In this document: piece after piece, positions 1 through 11,507 of the stretch
Layout of the letters: the number at the start of each line of letters is the position of its first letter
Position numbering within the stretch: position 1 is the first letter of the stretch
Assembly (NCBI GenBank): GCA_964019335.1
Contig: OZ025672.1
Location: forward strand, 248,001-312,000
Length of the DNA stretch: 64,000 nt
Direction of reading: 5' to 3'
From: Diplonema japonicum
Taxonomy: Eukaryota; Protista; Euglenozoa: Diplonemea
Translations under genes and position numbers: made by a program
The notes under the pieces: generated by a model
The model's input: only the letters and a program-made list of their open reading frames with translations
Told to the model about the DNA's origin: nothing
Databases searched by the model: none

Positions 1-2
1 GT

Positions 3-1994
3 GCCTGCGATAGATTTTTGAAGCGCGACAAAATCCTGGGATCCAGAGACCAAGGAATCAACGTCTTCAGGAATATCAGGCGCCACCCCGAGCTTAACCT
101 CAGCAAGGGTCCTGTATACACCACAGTCCGTTCTGCGCAGCTCATCCCACATCCCAAGGGATGCCATGCACAGCGTTCTCGCCTCGGCGATGGTGGCCTG
201 TGTGAGGACCTTAGCATCGTTGAACAGTTTGAAGTCTATGCTCGCGTGTAACAAACTACTGTGTGCCACAACATGTCCCGCATGAAGCAAAGCATACTTC
301 TCCACAACTTGCTTTGCCTGAACAGGTTTCTTCCCTATCATATCAACGGGATCGTCCCGAACAGCAATTGCTGCCTGAAGCGCTTCCCTGCCATGCTGGA
401 CCACGTCAGTTGGGTTCTTTGCTGAAAGGCTCATGAAGTAAAGACACAATCCATATTCGTTTTTCATGTGGCATTTCTTCGCCAGACTCAGTGCTTTTGA
501 CGCTTGTGTGTACATGTTATGCAGATCGCCGAGCTTGTGGTACGCCTCAGTAACCTTGATGAGAACCGAGAACTCCTCGCAAGGCTTGATGACCAGCCCG
601 TTCTCCGTCTTTTGCAAGATATTCATCAGCAATGGTACCGCTGTTGCATACGCACGCTGGCCCATGTGCACGGAGACACGCTTCATGGCATCTAGGTAAT
701 CCTTCTCGTACCGATCCCGTTGCTCTGCTTTGGCCAATCGGATCATGTGCAAGCCCTGTTCCTGCATCATCCTGTCCTCTTCCGCCGCCACTTTGTTCAG
801 CCTCTCCACAAGAACCTGTTGCAGTTTTTTGTGCCTTTCCTTTTTGCAGTCCCCGCCCATCTTCTGGCTCTTCTGCACCGTGAACAGCTTCGCCAACAGC
901 TCCTCTTCGCCTTCTTCGTCCGTCTTCTCCTTTTCCTTTTTCTTTGTCTTTTTCTTCTGCTCCACTGGCACCTCAATCGCTTCGACCTCCTGCTCGTCTT
1001 CTGAGCTTGACACACTTGACTCTGACTGGTACGCAGGTAAAGCGGTTTGTTTTTTCTTAGGCTTCTGCACAGGGGGCTGCTTGGCTGTGACTGGTTGAGC
1101 TGCGGGTTTTCCTCTAGCTTCCTTCCATCCGCCTTTTGACTGTGCAGGCTTCTGTGTTTTAGCCTCTTTTGGTACAGGGGTGCTTGGAACCTGACGTTTA
1201 ATGAGCTCCATTTCACTGGTGTTGACGGCAGACTTGAACCGCTCGTTGTTGTTGGCAGGACGCTTTGGTTTAGCAGGCTGTTGATGTTGTGGAGAGGGCA
1301 GGGCAGGGACCTGCTGCTTCTGTTTATTCGGCTGCTTACTCTGAATTTGTGTAGCGAGAGTTGCTTCGATCTGCAGATGACTAGTCTCCTTCACTGCACT
1401 CTGCACCTTAGCATTCCCAAGCCGCACAACATCAGCAAGCGTCCTCCTAACTTTCACGCAAGTGTAGCTAAGAATAGAGGTGACGGCAGCCATGATCGTG
1501 GGCATAAGGAGGGGGCTCATACGGAACTCATCCCAATCATAATTCGCAGGGAGAGGTGCGGGGTAAGATTGCTCCATCACAGGGTAGGGGTGGGTCGGTG
1601 GAGGGAGCGGCGGCGGTGCTGTATTCTGCCCATAAGGGTCATGCATCCAAGAAGAGGACTGCCTCGGGATCTCTTCCTGTTGTGTGTATCCACCATACGC
1701 GTCATATGTGGTGTAAGAGTAATATTCGTTCGAGTACTCCTGGGTGCTCCCATACATCATCTGGTAGCAGTCTTCACAGGCGCAGCCAGTGAAACCAGTG
1801 TGTTCTACTCTTTCTTCGCCCTCCATCAGCACCTCGCCCTCCATCAGCACCTCGTTCTCTATCAGTACTTCGTCCTCTTTTATGATCCCGGAGCCTGGCA
1901 CGAACTCCTTGCTCGAAGGATTCAGCCCCACCTTGTGCATCTTCTGTTTTTTGTCGGAAAACACAGGCTCTTCTCGGTGCTCATTGTTACTCAT
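3..1994 (-). CDS. Partial CDS (runs off left edge): N-terminal PAM2 motif, Pro/Tyr-rich and acidic/Lys-rich regions, C-terminal TPR-like helical region
   Basis: Absent from the ORF track because there is no stop in the window. Manual translation from ATG 1994 (MSNNEHREEP...) is open to the edge (~664 codons). LNPSSKEFVP at 1896-1925 fits the PAM2 consensus LNPxAxEFVP. Confidence 0.85.
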   Translation of the reverse strand, partial: MSNNEHREEPVFSDKKQKMHKVGLNPSSKEFVPGSGIIKEDEVLIENEVLMEGEVLMEGEERVEHTGFTGCACEDCYQMMYGSTQEYSNEYYSYTTYDAYGGYTQQEEIPRQSSSWMHDPYGQNTAPPPLPPPTHPYPVMEQSYPAPLPANYDWDEFRMSPLLMPTIMAAVTSILSYTCVKVRRTLADVVRLGNAKVQSAVKETSHLQIEATLATQIQSKQPNKQKQQVPALPSPQHQQPAKPKRPANNNERFKSAVNTSEMELIKRQVPSTPVPKEAKTQKPAQSKGGWKEARGKPAAQPVTAKQPPVQKPKKKQTALPAYQSESSVSSSEDEQEVEAIEVPVEQKKKTKKKEKEKTDEEGEEELLAKLFTVQKSQKMGGDCKKERHKKLQQVLVERLNKVAAEEDRMMQEQGLHMIRLAKAEQRDRYEKDYLDAMKRVSVHMGQRAYATAVPLLMNILQKTENGLVIKPCEEFSVLIKVTEAYHKLGDLHNMYTQASKALSLAKKCHMKNEYGLCLYFMSLSAKNPTDVVQHGREALQAAIAVRDDPVDMIGKKPVQAKQVVEKYALLHAGHVVAHSSLLHASIDFKLFNDAKVLTQATIAEARTLCMASLGMWDELRRTDCGVYRTLAEVKLGVAPDIPEDVDSLVSGSQDFVALQKSIAG

Positions 1995-2571
1995 CGCACC
2001 CACCTAAGGGTTGCCCCAACCTCCACCCTCCCTTTCCCCCCCACCCCTTTTGGGAGAGGTTGTGGTCCTGAGGTGATTTTATTTTAAAAAAAGAAAACAA
2101 AATACCCCCCCCCCCCCCCCCGGTAAAATTTTCGGCAAACAAAAAAAACCCGACTTGAACCCACTGGACTACAGGACAACTCCGCAGAGACGTCCCCTCT
2201 CTCGGTTTACTGAGATAAAAGGACAAGACCCCCCACCTGCGAGGCGAGCAGGAGGGAGCTCAAACCCGACACGAACAACGACATCCGACGACGAACATCA
2301 AAAGTGCAAACGGACAAGAGCAGGAAAGACGAACTCCCAGTGCCGCAGATAGGAAGAACCGGCATGACCGACAAAGTGCGAAGCCACGGATGCCCAGGTG
2401 GTGAAGATGGGCTTTAACCTCCAAACCACAATAACCCGAAAAAAAAAAGCGAAAGAAACGAACAATACAAAAGAGGAACTGGCCGTTGTTTGTACGTGCC
2501 GGGTAAAAAAAAAAGAATAAAGAGGTATAAAGGCCTGATTTGGGACGTCCTGTTGAAAAAAGAAAAAAAAA

Positions 2572-2623
2572 GCAATCTAAAAGAGGCTCGGAAGAAGGCA
2601 ATCTAAAAAAAGGCTCGGAAGAA
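2572..2623. repeat. Two-copy ~26-bp tandem duplication (gcaatctaaaa(g/aa)aggctcggaagaa)
   Basis: Directly visible, just downstream of the stop codon of the 2652 gene. Confidence 0.85.
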
Positions 2624-2651
2624 CCCTTTTTTTTAAAAAAAAAAATAAATG

Positions 2652-5516
2652 CTACCTCATGGATGAAGGCAGCAGCAACATGAAGAGGAAGCCACGAATG
2701 AGCAGCGCATCTATGAACTGCGCGGGGGTGGGGTTCTCCTTGAAAACAGAGAAGACGTTTTGGAAGAGAGCATTTGTATGCGCGACAGTGAGATGTACAG
2801 TGAGATGTGGGTTGTATAAGTGAATTGCGTCCGTGACCCAGTCCTCACACGAGAGAGTCCCCCCGTGATCCCAAACGTTTCCTATCGGCCTGTTATTCTT
2901 CTCTATTTGCCAGCAGCGCGAGATGTAAGGTATGTCACGAGGCTGCGAATACACAGGAATGAACCCCAACGCGCGTAGCTTTTTGAGGCAGTGCCAGAGA
3001 TTGTGACAGCTTGCCAGGGTGTGATTCACTTCGAGATCGGTATCAGGCCCGATGGTAGATTTGAACATGCATTCAGGACCCACTTCGCCGACCAGCATCG
3101 GTCCCAAAAATACATCATATTTAACCACAGTTTTAGCAGGTAGAACATCGGTTTCTAACGGAAGCGACTTTGTGGATAGTGCTAACAATTTAGTTTCCGC
3201 CTCCCAAGACTTTTCAATGTCAGCGATGTGGTCGGTGAGGATGGAGGGCAGCTGCACGAGCTCGTCAGCAGCGGGGTTATGAACCAAGCAGTACGAGGTC
3301 ATCAGTGACGAAATGAAATCCTCCTTCTTAACCCCCGTGATCATTTCAGTACCGTAAGGCGGCAGCCATTGTGAAGCAGCCTCGCGGTAGGCTTTTATGT
3401 TCAAAGGGTACCCCAAGAGCGAAGCGACGTGTTTCCACTGTCCTTGGTCCAGCGTCTCACACTCGGGATGCGTTTGCATAGCATACATCGCGTGCAAGCG
3501 GGCATACAGCGCGTACACCTTAGGATCCACAATGAAGCCCCCCACCAACACCCGATACCAGTAATATCTGTATTCCTTCGGTGGCTGTACCCATGATCTG
3601 TTATTTTTCACAAATATTTCTTTGATGGTCTGTTTGTACACCTCTATGGTGCAAGCTCCATTGTGTACAAAAGCGGTGGAGCGGTATTCGGTCAGTTCGG
3701 ACTCTTGTAACAACGGCATTTGAAACTTCACGTATGATCCGTGGATGATGTGGCACGGGACTTCGATGTCGCCGATTCTCACCGAAACACCTCGTTTTTT
3801 GCAGAATCGCTGGCCTTTGATGACCACCTGTTCGTCAGCCCCGATGATCGGTGACACTGAAGAAATAAGCGGGGCACGAAGGATATCATCGTCTAGGTCG
3901 CTAAACATCGGAAATCCCGTCATTTTGATATAAGCGGGTTTTATGTACAACGTGAACAAGAGGTCGACCCATGCCAAAGTCGGCGCGTCCTGCGGCAACA
4001 CGTGCCATAATCTTCCAGATATTGCCATAGCGTTGGACAGCCTCACAACCGCGTCCGTGAACTCCGGTTCGATAAGAAGCAGTTCACTCCCGTTGATCTT
4101 CAAAGGATGATACACATATCCATTGGAAGCTGATAAGAACACATTAGTCAGCATGAACCCTGTAACAACCCTCGGGAAGAGCTCAATGTGCCGTGCAAAC
4201 TCGACAAACTCATCCTTTGTCATCGTTGTCATCCAGCGGCTCCCCTCACTGTCACACACCACCTCCTTATTTGGTGCCTGCGGGTTGTGCGACGCCGAGA
4301 AATACGAGAATATCTTGCTTATTATAAACGAACGGCAGTACATATAATCGTCCAATTCGTTATTTTTCGTCAACCACTTATCCTCAAACTTCTCATGCAT
4401 GGTGATGGTATTGCAGTACGGAAGGAGTGTGTGGTCAAGAAGCTCCCTTATGAGAGCAGATGGGTTCTCAGAAAAGGCAGCCTGATCCATGTCATCGACG
4501 TGGCACAGCATGATGAGGTTGAATATCATAAATGTGACGCCCCGTTCCATAATAAGCATGGACAGTGCGGTGGTTGCCTCTGACAGCTGCAGGTTCGCCG
4601 CTTGCAGGAACACTGAGAAGGTTTTGTACGATACCCTGTTCTTCAAAAGCCCCTTTTTCTCCTTCCCAATAGACATGAACACCTTGCTGAGATCCTCTGC
4701 GAGATCACGCTTCTCTTCAATGTACCTGATCAACTCGTTGTTAGAGGTGCATGGGTGGTGTATCAAAGGCATGTCAGACTTTTTAGGGCTCAATCTTGGT
4801 GACGCTGGCCGACACGTCATACTAAATTTCGGGCTTTTTCTTATCGTGCTTAGTGGCGATCTGGGTGTCTCTGAGCGTCTGGACCAATCTGCCTCATTTG
4901 CAACAACAGGCGTTTTGAGGATTCTAGTTTTTCGTTTTACAGGTGTCGCTGTCACGGTGTTGACAGTGACGAAGCTCGAACTTGTCTGTGATCTGGTGGG
5001 TCTTCGTGAAAATGAAACGTTTAGGTTTGGACCGCAGAAGAGAGATTGGCGAACTTTGTGCAAGGTGGTGGGGGCGCACTTTGATCCGCTGGAACGCCTT
5101 CGCCTAACAGGGGACTCTGTTGCGAGAACCACACCACGCAAGCAGAGTCGCTTAGTCTCCCGAAGCTGGAGTACGCAGAAGTTGAGGTCTATGGACCGTG
5201 ATGCACAGAACCTGGACTTAGACATTAAACTTATTGCTTGTGTCATCCTCCTCGTTTTAGCCCACATATTGTTTGGCGAAGTGGTATCGATTGGTGTCGT
5301 TTCAGTAAGAACAGGATCTGCGGAGAATAACGACAGGTTCGGACTCGAGCCGGAAGGCAGAGATAGGTCATCAACGTTCCTCCGTTTGAATGTTGCCTTG
5401 GATTTATGTCTGCTCGACTCGTTCGCTGGTGGTGGTGGTGGTGGTGACACGGTGAACTGAACCTGCTTGTCCATAGAGGGTCTCGACTGGAATCCGTTAC
5501 TCGGAACGGTTAACAT
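2652..5516 (-). CDS. Hypothetical protein: disordered Ser/Pro/Arg-rich N-terminus, EF-hand-like helical region, IPT/TIG-like domain
   Basis: Long ORF; first ATG (MLTVPS) at 5516 follows an A-run. PLISSVSP..G..EQVVIKGQRF...VSVRIGDIEVPC is IPT/TIG-like. Confidence 0.85.
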   Translation of the reverse strand: MLTVPSNGFQSRPSMDKQVQFTVSPPPPPPANESSRHKSKATFKRRNVDDLSLPSGSSPNLSLFSADPVLTETTPIDTTSPNNMWAKTRRMTQAISLMSKSRFCASRSIDLNFCVLQLRETKRLCLRGVVLATESPVRRRRSSGSKCAPTTLHKVRQSLFCGPNLNVSFSRRPTRSQTSSSFVTVNTVTATPVKRKTRILKTPVVANEADWSRRSETPRSPLSTIRKSPKFSMTCRPASPRLSPKKSDMPLIHHPCTSNNELIRYIEEKRDLAEDLSKVFMSIGKEKKGLLKNRVSYKTFSVFLQAANLQLSEATTALSMLIMERGVTFMIFNLIMLCHVDDMDQAAFSENPSALIRELLDHTLLPYCNTITMHEKFEDKWLTKNNELDDYMYCRSFIISKIFSYFSASHNPQAPNKEVVCDSEGSRWMTTMTKDEFVEFARHIELFPRVVTGFMLTNVFLSASNGYVYHPLKINGSELLLIEPEFTDAVVRLSNAMAISGRLWHVLPQDAPTLAWVDLLFTLYIKPAYIKMTGFPMFSDLDDDILRAPLISSVSPIIGADEQVVIKGQRFCKKRGVSVRIGDIEVPCHIIHGSYVKFQMPLLQESELTEYRSTAFVHNGACTIEVYKQTIKEIFVKNNRSWVQPPKEYRYYWYRVLVGGFIVDPKVYALYARLHAMYAMQTHPECETLDQGQWKHVASLLGYPLNIKAYREAASQWLPPYGTEMITGVKKEDFISSLMTSYCLVHNPAADELVQLPSILTDHIADIEKSWEAETKLLALSTKSLPLETDVLPAKTVVKYDVFLGPMLVGEVGPECMFKSTIGPDTDLEVNHTLASCHNLWHCLKKLRALGFIPVYSQPRDIPYISRCWQIEKNNRPIGNVWDHGGTLSCEDWVTDAIHLYNPHLTVHLTVAHTNALFQNVFSVFKENPTPAQFIDALLIRGFLFMLLLPSSMR

Positions 5517-7087
5517 TTTTTTTTTTCTTTCTTTTTCCAACTAAAAAAAGTTGTCTCGATTTTAGTGGTGCCATGCAGTATGTGACACAGCGGCCACCCT
5601 TGTGAAGCTTCGCCCCGAAGCCTCCCAAGTCCCCTGTGGTCCCGTAGAAAGTAAAAGTGGAGGTAAAGAAAGCTTGGAAATTGAAATAGGGAGAGGGGCC
5701 ACAGAAGCAATTAAAACACCAACTGGAGAGTTGTGGAGGCTTGCTTCACTGGCACGATGCCGCGGGGAGGCTACTTGCCTGACCTGGTGAAGCCACCTCC
5801 TTGTTCGATGTAATGGGATAAGGGACTCTCCGTTGAGGGCGATGCTAACTGGCGCCACGCGTAGGGTGGGCTCTCCACCCCCGTCCAGGTTTCCCCACGT
5901 GTACGGCTTTAGAACGAGAGTTTCCCTTTCGCTTGTGTTTCTCCAAACCACAATTACCAGGAACCACCACAGGGAGGTTGGAAACATTGGTCCCCAAAAA
6001 TAAAAAAAAAAAAAAGAGGAAATCGGTAAAAAAAAAAAAAAAAAAGAAAGAAAAAAAAAGACGGAAAGAAGATTGGGAGGGTTAACCCGAGGGGGGTGGA
6101 AAAAAAAAAAGCGCGTTGCCAACGGTTTATTGCTGGGTTAGGGGGAGGGGAGTTGAAGTTCGCTTACAAACTTCATCTCAACATATCAGCGATGTCCCTA
6201 TCACCGGGTCATGGCATGAGGGGGGGGGGGGGGGGGGGGGGGGGGCAAACGAAGGATGACAAAGAAAGAAAGAAGAAAAAAGAAAGATTAAAGTGAATCA
6301 TGAAAGGAATGGGAAAAGGAAATAAAAAAAGACGAAAACACCCCGGTGATCTCCCCCTCCTTTTTTTTTTTTAGGAATGAAGATAGAAATTAAGAAGTAA
6401 GAAGGGGAAAGACCCAACGCCTTTGAATGTTCGATAAACCAAACGGAGCCACCGGCTAAAAAATGTTGCAATATGGATTTTCTGTAAAGATCTTCTCAGC
6501 CGGCCTTCCTAGGAAGTTTCTTCTTTCTTTCTTTTGATATTTAAGATCTAGGTGACACGGTGCCGTTCCCACTTCTCGCGGTAGGTAGGAGGGCATCTTT
6601 TTCTGTTGTCGAAGTTAAGTGAACCCCTGCCAAATAAAAAAAAAAGAAAAAAAAAAAGCGGAAGCAGAGAAAAAAAAATAGGAAAATTGTATTGAATTAA
6701 GGTATGGGGAAGTGGAAGGAGAGTTTCAGAGGTTTCCTTTTCTTTTCTTTTTTTTTTCAGTTTTTCTATTTCCCCTCATGTTGCCAGTTCATGGGTCTTG
6801 TCAAAACAAGGGGGTTCTTTTCTTTTTCGCCGTTTTGCTTTTTTTTTTCTTTTTCTTTTTTTTTTCCCATACAGAAAACAAAAAAAAGAATTTTTTTAAA
6901 AAAAAAAAGCGACACTCCTTTCATTTCGACAGTATCTCTATACAAATTTATATGGGATAAAAAAAAAAAGAGGAAGAAAAAAAAAAGGGGGGGAAAAAAA
7001 AAGGTACACAATTTCTCCTTTCCAAAACCATTACCATTCCCTTGGGGGACCCGACCACAAAATATTAAATTAAGTACAAAAAGAGAA

Positions 7088-10000
7088 TCACGGAAGAAGT
7101 GCCTTGTCGTCAGCCTGAGTAAAAAAAAAAAGGAAATTTTTTTTTTGTTTTCTAAAAGCATACATCATTACTTAAACTAACCATCTCATGCAGGTCATCG
7201 TCTTCGTCCGGTACAATACCACTCGCTCGATCATTTCCACAGAGATCACTCTCACTGCTATTGTTGGTGGAGGCAGCCTCCTTTTCATTGATGTTTTTAG
7301 GGTAAAGGCACCTCTTGCAGCTGCCAGCCCTCAAGAACACTCTGTTGAGGGCCTTCGTGTAGGAGTCAAGACCATGGCCGCCCATATCCTTCACCCCCAT
7401 TGTTTTGGTAGGTTGGAAGGCTTTTTCAACCCAAGTCGGTTCCACAAGCAGGTTTCCCTTACGGTCTATACACACCTCCCGCCCGACATGAAAATTGTAA
7501 AAGGTACCGGATACATGAACACTTTTTTTTTTTTTTTTTTTTTTTTTTTTCCCCTTTGAACATACACAGGATCATACTCAAATACCACCCGGAAAGTGTT
7601 TGGCACAGCAGCCTCATAAGACCGTTTAAAAGCGGCGTTGCCCAGCTTGGGTTGTCCAAATGTATAAACAGTACATTCAAGCCCCCGTCGCTTCTTCATT
7701 GTATAAGCCAAGATACACGCTAAGGCAGCCCCCAGTGAATGCCCGGTCACGTTGATCTTCACATCAGCGCCCGGCCCGAATGAACGGATTGCCGCGTCTA
7801 TCGCATGAAGCACAGCATCGCGAAGGGGTATGTTCTGGAGAGGTCCTTTTAGAGCATGGCCGCCGCGGGATTTTTCCCACATGTCCATGAATCCGCGGTG
7901 TAGAAGCGGCTTTCCACAGGGTCCGGTCCCTTGCGTGACCTCTTCCATGGTACGCCAGACTCTACGGGCAAATCGCAGATCGGAGATAAGATTAACCTTT
8001 GAATACCTTATATCAGAGCCTCTAAACGAAACAAATATCGAACGTTCACCGCTCACGGGGGTAGCTATGACAACCCTTGTTCCAGCAAGCTCGATGACGT
8101 CGATCAACCGGAGATTTTGCCGATTCAGGTTAGTAGTTTCCATTATTGGCACTGCTGCTGGTAGTGAAGGTGAATTACGCGGGGTGCCTGCGGGTGTGGT
8201 ATTCGGGGTCAGATCCTTGCTTGGCTGGGGTTGGTGAACAAGCCCTGTGGACACCATTGCAATGCTGCTTGCTAGGGAGATAATGTTTATCGAGCAGTGT
8301 TCAATCGTCAGCGACCAACCGAAGGAGTTCTTGATGAGAAGCGCGTCTCGGAAATCCTCTTTCCCTGGTGGGTAGTACACGGAATAACACAGGTCGACAA
8401 ACCTAGCAGCCGTTTCCACGCAAAAGAAAAGTCTGTTCTCCCTCGCCCGCATTTGAATGGGTGAGTGTGTCGCCATGCTGAACCCGAGGTTGGACGGTTC
8501 CTTCCACACACCCTCAACACCGGTTTCCTTCAAACAGATAAAATTTCCGTCCGGAAGCTGGCACCAATCGTTGCTCATTTCCAGTGCTTCCACCTCTGCG
8601 CCAGTATGCAGGTAGCTGATTATTTTTGAAGTATCGCCGACTGAAGGTTCGGACCTCACGGGCCACCCGTCGGCCGCTGATAGCAGTATAATATTCTTCG
8701 GTTTGGCACGCTGCAGAATGGAGAACTCCTCCTGCTCTTCATCGTGGATGAAGTAGAACAACGCACCCCCGTGGTCCTGCAGCCATTGGTACCACGCTTC
8801 TTTCCATTTGCACCGTCTCCACCTGGGGTGCTCCCAGGATGGATCGTTGGGCAACGGAGGGCAAAGCTCGGGGTTACGCTCGGCTCCGGGTGAGAATTGA
8901 TACACTAAAGAGTAGGTTAGAACGGAGGATAGAATAACAGTTCCTGACTCGTCAGCAGACCGATATGCCGGTTGGTATTTTCCCAACAACAACCAGTAGA
9001 GGAGCAGACACGCGCTTCGAGACAACACGTACGAGGAAACGATGAACAGCAACGATCTTGACACGAGCTGCGCGCGTCGTGTCGGCCCGTATGGCGCTTT
9101 GCGAAGCCAGTTTCGTAATTTCTTCGTTTTCGTAATCGCTGCCACAAGCCAAGCGAGTGTCAACAGCATACCCGACACGTACAGCACAATGTACCAAACA
9201 CCAAGATGCGTGACCCTCGCACGGAGAACCCATCCCACGAAAGTAGCGGTGTAGTCGGTTGACGGGCCAGTGTCGATGATCGCAACTGTGATGTCAGCCG
9301 CGACCATCAATGCCGCCCACATGCCCCACACTGCTTTTTGAAAGGTGCTTAACGGCTCCTTAAGGCTACCCATGAGGCAGATGTACATAACCTGCACGGT
9401 GATCGTGAAATAAGTGGCTGCGTGAAACTCGATAAATTCCAAAACGTTTCTCGTTGTCTCGGAGTCGAAGTCGCCCATCGTCGCCACAAGAGCTGTTGGG
9501 TTGAGGTACACCGCAAGGACAGCAAGGAGGGGTGCAATCCATTTCTGTTCAGGGGTCAGTCTATGTACAGACCACGCGCGCTTCCTGTACGTGTAGTAGG
9601 CGAGGGAGGTACCAACGAGGAGCAACAACCTCATCAGAAAATCAAACAGCGTGTAGATCCCAGATTGAAATTCCAACATCAAGCCTACATCGTTCGGGGC
9701 GAAGCTTGTGTTCAACCCGTGCGGGTTCCCACTTGGCGAGAACACCTCTGCGTCCGATATCTTCACCTTTATTTTGTACCGTTTCTTCCCCGACGCCATG
9801 ACTCTAATAGGGGTTGAGTAGCACGTTCCTGTTGTACCCGTGCAGTGAGTCATGTCAACGACCATTTCTTTGACCTGAGGAAACTGTCTACCTATGACGA
9901 AGACCTCTTGAGTGATGAGAAGCATGCCGTAGCCGAGCTGGTCTCTCCCCTCCATTCCTTTTATCCCGACCGTAAGATGCATGAACCGGTTCAGCCAGTG

Positions 10001-10237
10001 AAGCCCTCCTAGTTCGCCTTCCCAAGTTGAATGGTCCACTAGACAGATATCACTTGTGCTCTTGCACCCCACACCGGAGTGGCACACATTCGCACATTCC
10101 CACATAGTTGAATAATCCCACACTGACAGTACAGTCGCTGCGATTGCCACCGTGTAAATCATGAGGAAGTGATTACGAGCCTTCTTCCCACTCAGGCCTT
10201 CTATCTCTGTTGGTGGGTACTCGTGAGAGGGGTCCAT
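7088..10237 (-). CDS. TMEM181/Wntless-like multi-pass membrane protein + SH3b-like domain + class-3 lipase (exons 10237-7566, 7521-7164, probably 7114-7088)
   Basis: TM region with EQKWIAPLLAVLAVYLNP (TMEM181-like). Lipase motifs VSFRGS, LHRGF, VTGHSLGAA. Removing intron 7522-7565 restores RVVFEYDPVVHVSGTFYNFHVGREVCID and the downstream catalytic His (GHGLDSY). Confidence 0.88.
7115..7163 (-). other. Probable 49-nt GT-AG intron before a short last exon (ADDKALLP*)
   Basis: GTATGC...TTTACTCAG, phase 0. Not strictly required, since an in-frame stop also exists at 7152. Confidence 0.55.
7522..7565 (-). other. 44-nt GT-AG intron, mostly poly(A)
   Basis: GTATGTTCAAAGGGG(A)28G; removal repairs the lipase reading frame. 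Confidence 0.9.
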
Positions 10238-10389
10238 TTTTTTTTTTTTTCTTTAAAAAGGTTTCGTTCCCTCCCTCCCCTCCCAACTTTTTTTTCTCTT
10301 TTTTTCTTGGTGTTGAAAAGACTACAGCTACGAGAGCGGAATAAGAAAAGAAAGAAAGAGGTGAAAAAGAAAAAAGAACGAATAAAAAG

Positions 10390-10486
10390 TAGTTTTTTTT
10401 CTTTTTTTCTTTTTTTTTTGGCCGCTTTTATTTGTTTGCGCACAATTTTTTTACCTGACAGAATTAACCACGCTGCCATCAACTAG

Positions 10487-10517
<31 letters not shown>

Positions 10518-10535
10518 TTTCGACAACAATTGTTT
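10390..10535 (+). repeat. Degenerate copy of the right part of the dispersed repeat at 31569-31935
   Basis: Shared atttgtttg.gcgcac / ttacct.a.a.aat / acgctgccatcaactagtttt / tcgacaa.aat. Confidence 0.8.
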
Positions 10536-11507
10536 AAAAAAAAAACACAAGAAAAAAAAGAAAGAAAAAAACTAAAAACAGGCTTGAGAGTACCAGCAAT
10601 GGGTGGCACGTAAAGATAACATGTAATAGGGGGCCATGTTCCATTTTTATGTAAGAGAATAATGAAAAAAATGAAAAAAAAAAGAAGAAGAAAATCGGCT
10701 TTTCGTCAGCTGCAGGGGTACTAATCACGAGACACCCTTCCCCCCAGAAAAAAAAGTATTTCTTCTCTTTATCTTTTATCCATGGTTTCTATTCCGTTCT
10801 AAAAAGGAAAAAAAAAAAGAAAGAGGAAATATCTAATCAAGCGGCTGACGAGTCCCCGATCTTAAAAAAAAGAGAAGCAAATAGAGAGAGTCAAAAAAAA
10901 AGGGCTAGTCAAAAAAAAAAAAAAAGAAAAAAAAAAAAACTTATGGTACCAAACCGAAATCTCTTGTTCCACTCCCTTTACTTGAATTGTTATCTTACAT
11001 AATCCCCTCCGACCGAAGGAGGGAAAAAAAGAAAAAAAAAAAACTTCGATCTTGGGGGGAGGGGAGGGGCATCTCTTTCTTGCCGAAGCCAAATGCGATC
11101 CATGCCACCCTGGCACAGGTGTCGTTACGCACCGAAAAAGAAAAAGAGGAGTCACCAGCGCAAGAGGGCTAGAACAACGAAGCAAATTCGAGGGGGGAAA
11201 AAAAGAAAATCTCGATAAAATCGGGGAGGTGCTCACTGTGAAGTAAAAATTAAAACGGGGGGGGGGGGGGGGGGGCATGAATTATTGTTCGTCATGATAT
11301 GAAACCATTGACCTGGATTTCGGTTATCTCTGATTCCTTTTTTTTTTTTTTTTTTTTCAAAAGAGAACAATCAACTTAAAAAAAAAAACACATAACAAAC
11401 CAGAATGAAGGGAAAAAAAAAAAAAAAAAATGGGAGAAAAAAAAATTATACAAAGCCCATATTGAGTGAAAGAAGCTCTTATAGCTATAGTACTCGGAAT
11501 CACTGTT

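Noticed and set aside
2483-2503. 21-nt motif ccgt(t/g)gtttgtacgtgccggg shared with 57484-57504
   Set aside because: Probably a repeat terminus, but too short to define an element or function.
1281-5460. Long plus-strand ORFs (1281-2087, 4489-5460; also 51407-52153 and similar)
   Set aside because: Antisense shadows of well-supported minus-strand genes.
5560-5990. Possible RT remnant (QGWPL resembling QGxPLS)
   Set aside because: One weak motif with no YADD or other RT blocks; probably a decayed repeat but unassignable.
10845-10860. ctgacgagtccc resembling a hammerhead ribozyme core
   Set aside because: No closing stem II or GAAA downstream.
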